A DNA stretch of 64,000 nt, from positions 14,207-78,206 of the forward strand of contig DVML01000025.1 in the NCBI GenBank assembly GCA_018714965.1, given 5' to 3'. Position 1 is the first letter of the stretch. The number at the start of each line of letters is the position of its first letter. The DNA comes from Candidatus Fimihabitans intestinipullorum (GTDB lineage: Bacteria > Bacillota_I > Bacilli_A > RF39 > UBA660). Below, one piece after another: positions 48,789 through 60,838 of the stretch. A program made the translations under genes and the position numbers. The notes under the pieces are model-generated. The model saw only the letters and a program-made list of their open reading frames with translations. It searched no databases and was not told where the DNA came from.

Positions 48789-48815
48789 TTAGCACTCATA
48801 TGTTGACAATGCTAA
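48789..48815 (+). promoter_or_regulatory. CIRCE element 1 (HrcA operator) overlapping the -35
   Basis: TTAGCACTC-N9-CAATGCTAA; promoter TTGACA(48803)-17-TATAAT(48826). Confidence 0.85.
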
Positions 48816-48835
48816 CATATAATAGTATAATGAAG

Positions 48836-48862
48836 TCAGCACTAAGGATTGAAGAGTGCTAA
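48836..48862 (+). promoter_or_regulatory. CIRCE element 2 (HrcA operator)
   Basis: TCAGCACTA-N9-GAGTGCTAA. Confidence 0.85.
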
Positions 48863-48868
48863 AAGAAG

Positions 48869-49867
48869 GTGATAACTTTGATAAATGAAAGGCAAACAGA
48901 GTTACTAAAGAAGATTGTAGAGGACTATATTAAGACAGCTCGTCCAGTTAGTTCAAAATCATTGTGTGAGTGGATGGATTGTTCTTCAGCGACCATTCGA
49001 AACGAAATGAGTTACTTAGAAGAGATTGGATTACTTGAAAAGACACATACGTCTTCTGGTAGAATTCCATCGCAAGCAGGATACAGGTATTATGTCGATC
49101 ATATTATGGAGGCAAAGAAATTAACTGGAGAAGATATGTTAAAACTTCAGACAATTTTCCATAATCATTCTCTGATGTTATCAGATACGATTATAAAGAG
49201 TATGGAGATCATATCAGAGCTTACGAGTTGTACGACGGTCGTACTTGGAACATCTTCAAAGGAAAATCGTGTGACGAAAGTAGAAGTAGTTCCATTAGAT
49301 GATCAACACATGATCGCTATGTTAATTACAGATAAAGGTCATGTAGAACATAGGAATGTTATGACAGATGCTCCTTATGAAATGGAAGAGTTGAGACAGA
49401 CTGTCGATATTATTAACAAGTTGATCGTTGGTACGCCAATCGATGAGGTAAGTGAAAAACTTGAGTTTGAAATTAAACCGGTCATTGGAAAATACGTCAA
49501 ACAACACGAAGTTATTTACAATGCTTTATATAATGCTTTTCACGAGGCAACCAATAAGATGGATATCAAAGTCACTGGAGCTAGCAACATTTTAAATCAA
49601 CCTGAATTCAATAGCACGGAAAAGATTCGAGAGATCTTGTCGAAGTTCGATGATAAAGACTTTGTTTCTAATATCAAAGAAGAAGATAGCGGAATCAATG
49701 TCTATATTGGAAGTGAAAATGAATTCGACGACGATGTCACAGTGATCAAGACGAAGTATTCGGTTGGTGGAGAAGAAGGAACGATCGCTTTGATCGGACC
49801 AAAACGCATGGAATATGATCGTGTGTTAGCACTTTTAGATTTCATCAAACAGAATATCGATGAGTGA
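48869..49867 (+). CDS. hrcA: Heat-inducible transcription repressor HrcA
   Basis: SSATIRNEM..LE..GLLEKTHTSSGRIPS..GYRYYVD; IGPKRMEY. Confidence 0.96.
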   Translation: MITLINERQTELLKKIVEDYIKTARPVSSKSLCEWMDCSSATIRNEMSYLEEIGLLEKTHTSSGRIPSQAGYRYYVDHIMEAKKLTGEDMLKLQTIFHNHSLMLSDTIIKSMEIISELTSCTTVVLGTSSKENRVTKVEVVPLDDQHMIAMLITDKGHVEHRNVMTDAPYEMEELRQTVDIINKLIVGTPIDEVSEKLEFEIKPVIGKYVKQHEVIYNALYNAFHEATNKMDIKVTGASNILNQPEFNSTEKIREILSKFDDKDFVSNIKEEDSGINVYIGSENEFDDDVTVIKTKYSVGGEEGTIALIGPKRMEYDRVLALLDFIKQNIDE

Positions 49868-49875
49868 TTGGAGGG

Positions 49876-50517
49876 ATGAAAGTGACAGAAGAAAAAAATG
49901 AAAAAACAACTCCTGCGGAAGAAGTGAAGGAAGAAAAATCAACTTCGGAAGTTGTGGAAGAACAACCAGAGGTAATTCCAGAAGAAGAGTTCCACGATGA
50001 GAAAACAGAGAAGAAAAAGATAAAGTTAAAGAAAAAAGAGACAAAGGAAGAATCAAAGTCTCGTGAGATTATCGCTGATTTGAAAGCGACGATCGATGAA
50101 TTAGAACAAAAGAGTTTGAGAGATAAGGCAGAACTCATTAACTATCGTAAGAGAAAAGATGAGGAAGTTGCCCGCATGATGAAATATTGCAACGAAGATC
50201 TTGTGAAAGAGTTACTAGGAGTGATCGATAACTTTGAACGTGCGATCGATATGGATGATGATAACTTAGAAGATGAGGTATCAAAGTTCTTAGCAGGTTT
50301 CAAAATGATCTATTGTAACTTGGATCAAATCCTAACAAAGTTTGGTGTCGTTGAAATCGAAGCCAAAGGAAAAGAATTTGATCCAGCATTCCATCAAGCA
50401 GTGTTAACAGAGCATGTCGATGGAGTAGAACCTGGTATGATTATTGAAGTCATGCAAAAAGGTTATATGTTGAAAGATAAAGTTATAAGACCATCTATGG
50501 TCAAAGTAAGTGAATAA
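49876..50517 (+). CDS. grpE: Nucleotide exchange factor GrpE
   Basis: AE..NYRKR, IDNFERA, FDPAFHQA, QKGY.L.DKVIRPSMVKV. Confidence 0.95.
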   Translation: MKVTEEKNEKTTPAEEVKEEKSTSEVVEEQPEVIPEEEFHDEKTEKKKIKLKKKETKEESKSREIIADLKATIDELEQKSLRDKAELINYRKRKDEEVARMMKYCNEDLVKELLGVIDNFERAIDMDDDNLEDEVSKFLAGFKMIYCNLDQILTKFGVVEIEAKGKEFDPAFHQAVLTEHVDGVEPGMIIEVMQKGYMLKDKVIRPSMVKVSE

Positions 50518-50520
50518 TAA

Positions 50521-52353
<1,833 letters not shown>

Positions 52354-52414
52354 AGTTTAGAAGTGCTACCAAGTAGTACTTCTTACTTTGTATATAAAAG
52401 AATAGGAGAAAAAT

Positions 52415-54205
52415 ATGAGAAATAGAACGGACGTAGATGTGAAAGATACTTGGGATTTAACACTCATCTATAAAGATGACGATGCGTGGTATGAGGAGTA
52501 TGAAAGCTTAAAAAAAGAAATTGATACTTACGATCAATTTCAAAGTACGATGATGAATTCAGCACAAGATTTGCTTGAACTTCTCGTATTTGATCAAAAG
52601 ATATCTAGAACATTAGATAAGTTATATGTCTATGCGAATATGAAGAGCGATGAAGATAAACGAAATCAGACGTATTTAAAAATGCTTGGAGAAATTACAA
52701 GTTTATTTACGATGATCTCGAAAAAAACAGCATACATTGTTCCAACTTTGATGAAGTATCAATATGCTAAAATTGAAGAATGGATGAAAGAGGAACCGAA
52801 GTTACTCGAATTTGAACATTCTTTAAAAGATATCTATCGCTATCAGCCATATACTTTAAGTGAGACAGAGGAAAAATTGATCGCAACGTATTCAAGTGCA
52901 TTATCTAAAATAGGAGATACTTACGATTTGCTTACGACGAGTGATATGAATCTTGGAACGATTCAAGATGAAGATGGAAACGATGTCGAATTACGTGAAG
53001 GAAACTATACACTTTATATTCGTTCGAAAGATCGTCGTGTTCGTAAACAGGCATTTGAGACACTTTTGGGTGGATATGCAAAATTTCAAAATACGATCGC
53101 ATCGACGTTTACTGGAATGTTAGAACTTGCAAAAGCAAATGCAGAAGCTCATCACTACGAAAGCACGATAGGATCATATTTATTCGCAGATGACTTAGAT
53201 GAGACAGTGTATACGAATCTTATCAATGTTGTAAATAATCATATGGACACTTTGATGAGATACTATCATCTCAAGAAGAAAGTTCTCGGATTAGATGAGA
53301 TGCATATCTACGATATCTATGTCGATCTTACGGAAAAGGCAAGTAAAACTTATTCTTTTGAAGAGGGAAAAAACATAGTGATCGATGCATTAAATGTTCT
53401 TGGAGACGATTATATTACGAATTTAAAACGTGCATTTATGGAACGTTGGATCGATATTTATCCGACAGCGAGAAAGACGAGTGGTGCTTATTCTGGTGGA
53501 TCGTACGATACGCTTCCATACGTACTTTTAAACTACAATGGAACTTTGAATGACGTATCTACGATCGCTCATGAATTGGGACATTCTATGCATAGTTACT
53601 ATACGAGAAGCAACAATGGATATGAAACTGGAGATTATTCTATCTTCGTGGCAGAGATTGCAAGTACAGTGAATGAACTATTACTAAGCCATTATTTACT
53701 CGAACATTCAAAAGAAAAGGACGAGAAACGTCAAATTTTATCTGAAATGATGGACTTATTTAAATCTACGATTTATCGTCAGACGATGTTTGCAGAATTT
53801 GAAAGAAAGATGCATGGAGATACTGAGGAAGGAAAAACACTTACGAGTGAGCAAATTAATAAAGCATACTACGATTTAAATTTACGTTATTTCGAACCAG
53901 AGATTATCGTCGACGAGAAGATTCAATACGAATGGGAAAGAATTCCTCATTTCTATACGCCATTTTATGTCTATAAATATGCGACGGGACTTTCTTGTGC
54001 ATGCAAGATCGTAACTGATATTTTGAGTGGAAAAGAACATGCGGTAGAAAATTATATTGCCTTTTTGAAAAATGGAAGTAAAGATTATCCGAAAGAACAT
54101 TTGAAGATGGTTGGTATCGATATTACAAAGACAGATTATATCGAAAGTGCGATTGCAATGTTCGACGATACAATTACGAAGATGGAGAAGCTATTAGAAT
54201 CATAA
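52415..54205 (+). CDS. pepF: Oligoendopeptidase F (M3B)
   Basis: TWDL, SGAYS, PYVLLNY, HELGH, IFVAEIAS, W.RIPHFY..FYVYKYATG. Confidence 0.93.
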   Translation: MRNRTDVDVKDTWDLTLIYKDDDAWYEEYESLKKEIDTYDQFQSTMMNSAQDLLELLVFDQKISRTLDKLYVYANMKSDEDKRNQTYLKMLGEITSLFTMISKKTAYIVPTLMKYQYAKIEEWMKEEPKLLEFEHSLKDIYRYQPYTLSETEEKLIATYSSALSKIGDTYDLLTTSDMNLGTIQDEDGNDVELREGNYTLYIRSKDRRVRKQAFETLLGGYAKFQNTIASTFTGMLELAKANAEAHHYESTIGSYLFADDLDETVYTNLINVVNNHMDTLMRYYHLKKKVLGLDEMHIYDIYVDLTEKASKTYSFEEGKNIVIDALNVLGDDYITNLKRAFMERWIDIYPTARKTSGAYSGGSYDTLPYVLLNYNGTLNDVSTIAHELGHSMHSYYTRSNNGYETGDYSIFVAEIASTVNELLLSHYLLEHSKEKDEKRQILSEMMDLFKSTIYRQTMFAEFERKMHGDTEEGKTLTSEQINKAYYDLNLRYFEPEIIVDEKIQYEWERIPHFYTPFYVYKYATGLSCACKIVTDILSGKEHAVENYIAFLKNGSKDYPKEHLKMVGIDITKTDYIESAIAMFDDTITKMEKLLES

Positions 54206-54224
54206 ATTGTGAGGAAGTGATGTT

Positions 54225-55334
54225 ATGAATAAAAGAGATTATTACGAAATATTGGGTGTTTCGAAAGATGCGAGTGAATCTGAAATCAAAAGTGCGTTTC
54301 GAAAACTTGCTAAAAAATATCACCCAGACGTTTCCAAAGAACCAGATGCAGCAGAAAAGTTTAAAGAGGCGCAAGAAGCATATGCTGTTTTAAGCGATGC
54401 TGAAAAACGTCGTCAATACGATCAGTTCGGTCATGCTGCCTTCGAACAAGGCGGACCTGGTGGAGCCGGAGGATTCGACTTTTCTGGATTCGATTTTTCC
54501 GATATCTTTGGAGATCTTTTCGGGGGTGGATGCGGTTTTGACTTTGGTGGAGGAAGAGGAACTTCTAACCGTCCTCGCAAAGGGAGAGATTCTTTATTAC
54601 AAGTAGATCTAACATTCGAAGAAGCTGTCTTTGGATGTAAGAAAGATATCGCACTCAATGTAACGGAAGATTGTCATGAATGTCATGGCGCTGGTGGGTT
54701 TGGAGAGAAAACTTGTTCTCATTGTCATGGAAGTGGGCAAGTAACTTCTGAACAACGTACGATGTTTGGCGTGTTCATGAATAAGACGACATGTTCTGTC
54801 TGTGGTGGTAAGGGAAAAACTTACGATCGTACGTGTCAGAAATGCCATGGTTCTGGAAAGGTAAAGACGAAAAAGACACTCGAAGTCAAAGTGCCTGCTG
54901 GAGTTGATACAGGACATCAACTTCGCCTTGCTGGAAAAGGAGAAGCTGGAATCAATGGAGGACCTTCAGGAGATGTATACTTGGAATTCCATGTTGCAGA
55001 ACATCCAATTTACATTCGTGATGAAAATGATATTTATTTAAAAGTACCTGTTTCTATTACGGAAGCTGTACTTGGATGTAAGAAGGAAATTCCAACTCTC
55101 TATGGACCTGTTACACTTACGATCCCTGCAGGAACGAATACGAACGATAAACATCGTTTGAAAGGAAAAGGTATTGCGGATCCAAATAGTGGGCGCAAGG
55201 GAGATATGTACGTTCTTATGAACGTCATCGTACCAGAAAAGATTAGCCGTGACCAGAAGAAGTTATTCGAAAAGCTTGCAACGACGAAATTAAAGGACAG
55301 CAAAGAATTTAAAACATTTGAAAAATATTTATAA
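54225..55334 (+). CDS. dnaJ: Chaperone DnaJ
   Basis: J domain with HPD, G/F-rich region, four CxxCxGxG repeats. Confidence 0.97.
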   Translation: MNKRDYYEILGVSKDASESEIKSAFRKLAKKYHPDVSKEPDAAEKFKEAQEAYAVLSDAEKRRQYDQFGHAAFEQGGPGGAGGFDFSGFDFSDIFGDLFGGGCGFDFGGGRGTSNRPRKGRDSLLQVDLTFEEAVFGCKKDIALNVTEDCHECHGAGGFGEKTCSHCHGSGQVTSEQRTMFGVFMNKTTCSVCGGKGKTYDRTCQKCHGSGKVKTKKTLEVKVPAGVDTGHQLRLAGKGEAGINGGPSGDVYLEFHVAEHPIYIRDENDIYLKVPVSITEAVLGCKKEIPTLYGPVTLTIPAGTNTNDKHRLKGKGIADPNSGRKGDMYVLMNVIVPEKISRDQKKLFEKLATTKLKDSKEFKTFEKYL

Positions 55335-55356
55335 AATACACGTGAGTGTATTTTTT
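55333..55356 (+). terminator. Rho-independent terminator after dnaJ
   Basis: AAAATACAC-gtga-GTGTATTTTTT. Confidence 0.75.
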
Positions 55357-55406
55357 CTTTTATTGTGTTTTTTACAAAAATTGGTTATAATATGAGTGGT
55401 GATGCT

Positions 55407-56381
55407 ATGAAAGATGAATTTAATTTAGATGAGATAGAAGTAGAAAAAGAATTGTGTATTTTATTCATGGGAACGCCTGAATTTAGTGTTCCAATCTTAG
55501 AAGGATTAATCGAAAATTATAAGATCCGTGCAGTGGTGACACAACCGGATCGCAAGGTAGGAAGAGATCAAGTAGTTCGCTTTACTCCAGTTAAACAAGT
55601 TGCTCAAGATCATACGATACTAGTATTACAACCAGAGAAGATCAAGGAAAGCATCGAAGATATTTTAGCGTTAGAACCGGATTTGATCGTAACGTGTGCT
55701 TACGGACAGATTTTACCGAAGGCAATTTTAAATGCGCCGAAATATGGATGTATTAATGTCCATGCATCATTACTTCCAAAACTTCGTGGAGGAGCTCCAA
55801 TTCATCATGCGATTATCGATGGTTATCAGAAGACGGGAATTACGATCATGTATATGAACGAAAAAATGGATGAGGGAGATATCATCGCTCAACGGGAACT
55901 AGAAATTTCCGAAACGGAAACAGCGAGTACGCTTCATGATAAGTTAAGTATCATGGGAAGAGATTTATTATTGGATACACTCCCTAGCATATTAGATGGT
56001 ACAAATACGCGTACACCACAAGATGATAGCAAGGCAACTTATGGATTTGTGATCACCAGAGCAGATGAGAAGATCGATTTTAATAAGACGCAAAGAGAAA
56101 TATATAATCAAGTAAGAGGATTGGACTCATTTCCAGGTGCTTATGCGAGATTAGATGGAAAGATCATGAAGATTTGGGCATGTGAAAAAAGTAATGAATA
56201 TCCAGGGGGATTTAATGGTCAGATTACAGATCTCTATCCAAATGGAATTGGTGTAAAGGTAGGAAATGGAGAAATTATTATTACCGAATTACAGCCAGAG
56301 GGTAAAAAGAGAATGAAAGCAATAGATTATATCAACGGTGTTAGCAATCATACGACGTTGATCGGAAAAATATTTGAATAA
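55407..56381 (+). CDS. fmt: Methionyl-tRNA formyltransferase
   Basis: FMGTPEFS, VTQPDR, INVHASLLPKLRGGAPI, MDEGDI. Confidence 0.95.
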   Translation: MKDEFNLDEIEVEKELCILFMGTPEFSVPILEGLIENYKIRAVVTQPDRKVGRDQVVRFTPVKQVAQDHTILVLQPEKIKESIEDILALEPDLIVTCAYGQILPKAILNAPKYGCINVHASLLPKLRGGAPIHHAIIDGYQKTGITIMYMNEKMDEGDIIAQRELEISETETASTLHDKLSIMGRDLLLDTLPSILDGTNTRTPQDDSKATYGFVITRADEKIDFNKTQREIYNQVRGLDSFPGAYARLDGKIMKIWACEKSNEYPGGFNGQITDLYPNGIGVKVGNGEIIITELQPEGKKRMKAIDYINGVSNHTTLIGKIFE

Positions 56382-56393
56382 AAGAGGGATGTT

Positions 56394-57131
56394 ATGAAGA
56401 AGTTTATAGAGAGTTTAAGAACGGCGAAGAATACGTTTCAGGTGTTGTGGTCAAATCGTAGAGTGAGAGCAGCGATTATTTTAACGCTCTATTTCTTCTT
56501 CTTTTTGTTTATTATCGTATCCCTTCGTATGAGACCGGATCGACCTCTTTCCACTCAAGCAAAAGAAGATCAAAACGAGGTTTCGTTTGAGACGATGGAT
56601 AATTACGAATATGATATGACGATTACTTATCGGTCTAATACAGTTACGAATACGTTTACTCTATCGGGAACGAGATATCAAGAGAAACATAGACTTCAGA
56701 CGAAGGATAGTTTGCAGCCGTACTATGTCAAAGATGATGGAATCTATACGGTGATCAATGGGGTAGAAAGCTTAACGTCACTCAATTATGGAATCAATTT
56801 ATATCGTTTGAATCCAACGTTATTTTCTTCGATGATCGAAGAAGCAGACTTACAATCGACGATAGAATATGAAAATGGAACTGAGTATTTATATCAGTTA
56901 CCTCTTTCTAAATTCTTCTCTTTCTACGATCCTAATAATCTTCTGTTATCTACGAATTTAACGAGTTATATTTTATTTCAAGTAACAGAGAAAGATGGAA
57001 CGATCGAAAGAGTCAATCTCGATTTAACATCGTATTATCAATTGGTCGATGTAAATGCGACATCGTATATGATCGATATTACATATCACGATATTGGAAA
57101 AGTAAAAGACTTTAAAGTCGGTACAGAATAG
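56394..57131 (+). CDS. Single-pass membrane-anchored hypothetical protein with beta-rich external domain
   Basis: One N-terminal TM then a Thr/Tyr-rich region; RBS GAGGG. Confidence 0.7.
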   Translation: MKKFIESLRTAKNTFQVLWSNRRVRAAIILTLYFFFFLFIIVSLRMRPDRPLSTQAKEDQNEVSFETMDNYEYDMTITYRSNTVTNTFTLSGTRYQEKHRLQTKDSLQPYYVKDDGIYTVINGVESLTSLNYGINLYRLNPTLFSSMIEEADLQSTIEYENGTEYLYQLPLSKFFSFYDPNNLLLSTNLTSYILFQVTEKDGTIERVNLDLTSYYQLVDVNATSYMIDITYHDIGKVKDFKVGTE

Positions 57132-57133
57132 AA

Positions 57134-57162
57134 TAATATTTTTAGAAGTCCTCGCATACCAT
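57134..57162 (+). promoter_or_regulatory. SigmaE-like sporulation promoter
   Basis: TAATATT-14 bp-CATACCAT. Confidence 0.55.
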
Positions 57163-57177
57163 AGTAGGGGTGAGCAC

Positions 57178-58029
57178 ATGCTAAAAATATTATTTTTTTG
57201 TGTATTGCTTTCATTTTCCATATGTTATACGAAGAGTTTAATGTATTTGATAGATAGACGACGATGGATCTTTCAACTGATGTTTTCTCTTTTGTGGATA
57301 CTACCAGAGCTTTTGATTCTTTGGGTGTGCTACCACATGAAGATGCCAGAAGCGGTCGTTTTTTCTATGATAGAGTCGTTTTTGGTTCTTATGATATGTT
57401 TCGGACTCTTTCAGTTTCTATTTTCTCTTTCGTTTGAGAAAAGTACGAGTCGGGTCTATCTTATCTCACTCTTTTTATATATGATGGTCGTTTTAAATCT
57501 CTCTCTTACTAACGTGGAAGAGGAAATGTTATTTGGAATATGTGTTCCAAGTTTGTTGTTTTTGGTGTTATACATGGTTTCTCTTTTATTTGAACATGAG
57601 AAAGTTGAGATTCCCGATATTGTCAAATCATCTCGGTGGGTGCTTCCTTCTTGTATTTTCCTTTTGATTGTGCTTGCGTTTTTACTTCAAACGGGAGCTT
57701 GTACAAAAAAAATGTTACTTCTTACGATCGTCATTCCAAAAGGAATCACATATTATGCTTTTGCACGCCGAAAGATAAATTTAACATCTTCTTTTTTCTA
57801 CGATGGTATGGTACGATTTTACTTAGTGGGATTATTTGATATTATCTATGCGAGCGGGGTTATATACCACGTAGTAGGAAAGGGAACATTAAAGGTCGCA
57901 CAGGGTATGATCTATCTCATTTTAATGTTATATTTATATTGCTTCCCACTAGTGAAACAAGATAGATGGGTTTCCTTATTGGTCTCATTTAGCGCATCTC
58001 TTCTATTCTTATGGAAGGTATTTCAATAG
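57178..58029 (+). CDS. Polytopic membrane protein of unknown function
   Basis: Many hydrophobic segments; RBS GGGGTGA. Confidence 0.65.
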   Translation: MLKILFFCVLLSFSICYTKSLMYLIDRRRWIFQLMFSLLWILPELLILWVCYHMKMPEAVVFSMIESFLVLMICFGLFQFLFSLSFEKSTSRVYLISLFLYMMVVLNLSLTNVEEEMLFGICVPSLLFLVLYMVSLLFEHEKVEIPDIVKSSRWVLPSCIFLLIVLAFLLQTGACTKKMLLLTIVIPKGITYYAFARRKINLTSSFFYDGMVRFYLVGLFDIIYASGVIYHVVGKGTLKVAQGMIYLILMLYLYCFPLVKQDRWVSLLVSFSASLLFLWKVFQ

Positions 58030-58090
58030 TTCTTGCCAAAATACACGATATGTGATAAATTAGTATGTAGTGAAAAAGGAGGGAACGCAC

Positions 58091-58303
58091 GTGGAAATTG
58101 CTTTAATCGTGATCTCGATTTTATTAATTGCTATCGCACTTTTACAAAGTGGAAAAGCAGAGAGTGCTTCACAAGCTTTAACAGGTGGTAGTGATGCATT
58201 ATTCGCAAACCGTAAAGAGCGTGGTGGAGAGTTATTTATTACTAGACTTACAATGGTTTTAGGTGTTGCTTTCTTTGTGATTTGTATCATCCTTGGAATG
58301 TAG
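58091..58303 (+). CDS. secG: Preprotein translocase subunit SecG
   Basis: LLQSGK......GG...LF...KERG....ITRLT; GTG behind AAGGAGG. Confidence 0.92.
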   Translation: MEIALIVISILLIAIALLQSGKAESASQALTGGSDALFANRKERGGELFITRLTMVLGVAFFVICIILGM

Positions 58304-58404
58304 AAAGAATAGAAGTGGTCGTTGCCACTTTTTATTTTTGCGTCGACTTGCAAAATATTTAAAATGGTGTATAATATGTATCCCATGCGAAAAAAACGCA
58401 TAGG

Positions 58405-58971
58405 ATGAAGAAAGGGGAAAGTTGTATGAAAAAGACAAAAATTGATGTAAAACCGTGGGAAGCATATGATACGATCGATCACCAACATGCCGATATGTGG
58501 GATGAGAAGATATATGAGCAGAATGAAAAGATAAAGGAAATTTATGAGGAATTGAAGTTACTTCAACTTCAAAATAAATCACGTTTAGACCGTGGTATTC
58601 ACATGATGAGGGATGATGAGATTACTACTGATTTTCCTTATTTATATCAAGCATATCACAACGAGAAAAAGGGAGAATTTCAATTTTTCGATTATATGCC
58701 GCAAATTCCAAAGTATGTTAATATGTCATTTATTTTAAGGGCATATGAAAGAATGCTTTTAGATTGCCGTATGTTGCAAGATTTGTATCGTGTAATGCAA
58801 AAGAAATCTGAGGGACAATTACTAGAAGATAGTATGGAAGATAGAATTGTGATTCCTCAAGGTCAGTTGGTATCAGTTACATGTTATGAAGAGGCAAAGA
58901 TTCAGAAGCCTGTCGTACCAAGTGTACCGAGACAATCATATGAAAAACCGGTTCAAAAAGTCAGAAAATAA
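58405..58971 (+). CDS. Orphan hypothetical protein
   Basis: Own sigmaA-like promoter (TTGCAA...TATAAT) and terminator; no family motif; start may be the second ATG. Confidence 0.7.
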   Translation: MKKGESCMKKTKIDVKPWEAYDTIDHQHADMWDEKIYEQNEKIKEIYEELKLLQLQNKSRLDRGIHMMRDDEITTDFPYLYQAYHNEKKGEFQFFDYMPQIPKYVNMSFILRAYERMLLDCRMLQDLYRVMQKKSEGQLLEDSMEDRIVIPQGQLVSVTCYEEAKIQKPVVPSVPRQSYEKPVQKVRK

Positions 58972-59077
58972 AGAAATTGTACGAGATCGTGCAATTTTTT
59001 TATTGAAATTAGCAATCTCTTGCGTTTTTCTTTTGCCTTTTTTCTAAACTTTGATATAATGGTTTTAGGGTGTAAGT

Positions 59078-60103
59078 ATGAAGAGTATCTATGACAAAAC
59101 ATTAGAACAATTAGAAGAATATTTTGAGTCGATCGGTGAGAAAAAGTTTAAGGCAAGACAACTTTACGATTGGTTATATAAAAAGAGAGTGACTTCTTTC
59201 GATGAGATGACAAATATCAAAAAGGAGTTACGTACTTTTATCGCTTCGACTTATACGATGGAACCTTTAAAAATATTGGAACGTCAAAAGGGAGATGACG
59301 TTGTCAAATATTTATTTGAATTGAAGGATGGAAATAAGATCGAAGCTGTTTTAATGTTACATGATTACGGCAATAGTTTATGTGTATCTAGTCAAGTTGG
59401 ATGTAATATGAGTTGCACGTTTTGTGAGAGTGGGCGACTCAAAAAAGTTCGCAACTTAGATCCTTCTGAGATGGTATTACAAATTATGATGATCGAAAAA
59501 GATTTAGATCTTACGATCACTCATCTCGTTTTAATGGGAATCGGTGAGCCTTTTGATAATTACGATAATGTGATGAATTTTGTCGATATTATCAATTGTC
59601 CATATGGTATCGGACTGGGTTCAAGACATATCACGATTTCCACTTGCGGAATTATTCCTAAGATTAAAGAGTTTATGCACCATGGAAAACAGGTGAACTT
59701 GGCAATCTCTCTTCATGCACCAAACGATACGTTACGTAGTAAGATTATGCCGATAAATCGTGCATACCCACTAGAGGAATTGATGAGGACGGTTCGTAAG
59801 TATATTTCGGTTACGAATCGTCGTGTTACATTTGAATATATTTTATTGCGTGATGTAAATGATACAGAAAAATGCGCATTAGAACTATGCTCTTTATTAA
59901 AAGGAATGAATTGCTACGTTAATCTCATACCATATAATGAGACAAGTCATATCATTTATAAAAAGAGTGAAAAGGACCAAATTATGAAATTTTACGATGT
60001 ATTAAAGAAACATCATATTCAAGTGACGATTCGCAAGGAATTTGGAACGAAAGTGAGTGCGGCTTGTGGCCAATTAAGATCAAATTATGAGGAGGGCGCC
60101 TAA
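59078..60103 (+). CDS. rlmN: 23S rRNA/tRNA m2A methyltransferase RlmN
   Basis: CVSSQVGCNMSCTFC, MGIGEP, ISLHA, FEY, NLIPYN, AACGQL. Confidence 0.96.
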   Translation: MKSIYDKTLEQLEEYFESIGEKKFKARQLYDWLYKKRVTSFDEMTNIKKELRTFIASTYTMEPLKILERQKGDDVVKYLFELKDGNKIEAVLMLHDYGNSLCVSSQVGCNMSCTFCESGRLKKVRNLDPSEMVLQIMMIEKDLDLTITHLVLMGIGEPFDNYDNVMNFVDIINCPYGIGLGSRHITISTCGIIPKIKEFMHHGKQVNLAISLHAPNDTLRSKIMPINRAYPLEELMRTVRKYISVTNRRVTFEYILLRDVNDTEKCALELCSLLKGMNCYVNLIPYNETSHIIYKKSEKDQIMKFYDVLKKHHIQVTIRKEFGTKVSAACGQLRSNYEEGA

Positions 60104-60837
60104 TGGAATATTATTATCAGACGGATCCAGGAAAAGTAAGAGATCACAATGAAGATAGTGTAACGATTGTAAAAAATCAAAGTGGTGAATATTTGCTCGC
60201 TGTTGCAGACGGTATGGGTGGACACCGCGCAGGAGAGATCGCATCTAGTATCGTGATCGGAAATATCGGAACACATTTCAAAGAAATGGGGAAGATTGGA
60301 ACGAAGGAAGATGCAGTTCGTTGGCTGAAAGATGCGGTAAGTGAAGCGAATGTAGAAATTTATAAATATACAGCAGAACATCCGGAAAGTGAAGGAATGG
60401 GAACGACGATCGTAACAGCGATTTTAACGGACGACTTTCTTCTTTTCGGAAATTTAGGAGATAGCAGAGGATATGTTTTAAAAGGAGGTAAGTTACACCA
60501 GATTACGACGGATCATACGCTTGTTAATTTGCTTGTAAAAAGCGGTGAACTTACCGAGGAAGAGGCAGAGCATCATCCTCGTAAAAACGTTTTAATGAAA
60601 GCTCTTGGAGCAAATACGAAAGTAGAGATGGATATCATCGATGTCGAGACAGATGTGGATGGAATTTTACTATGTAGTGACGGACTTACAAACATGTTAG
60701 ATCACGATCAGATTGAAAAAGTACTAAACGAAGATTTGGAAATCGAAAAGATGGTACAGAAGTTAATTTATAAAAGTAATAATAGGGGTGGAAATGATAA
60801 CATTTCTATTGCTTATTTAAAGAAAGAGGTGGCGTAG
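60103..60837 (+). CDS. stp: Stp1/PrpC PP2C Ser/Thr phosphatase
   Basis: RDHNED, VADGMGGH, GMGTT, GDSR, LCSDGL, GGNDNIS. Confidence 0.93.
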   Translation: MEYYYQTDPGKVRDHNEDSVTIVKNQSGEYLLAVADGMGGHRAGEIASSIVIGNIGTHFKEMGKIGTKEDAVRWLKDAVSEANVEIYKYTAEHPESEGMGTTIVTAILTDDFLLFGNLGDSRGYVLKGGKLHQITTDHTLVNLLVKSGELTEEEAEHHPRKNVLMKALGANTKVEMDIIDVETDVDGILLCSDGLTNMLDHDQIEKVLNEDLEIEKMVQKLIYKSNNRGGNDNISIAYLKKEVA

Positions 60838-60838
60838 T

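Noticed and set aside
59008-59035. CIRCE-like half site (TTAGCAATC) upstream of rlmN
   Set aside because: No matching second half at 9-bp spacing
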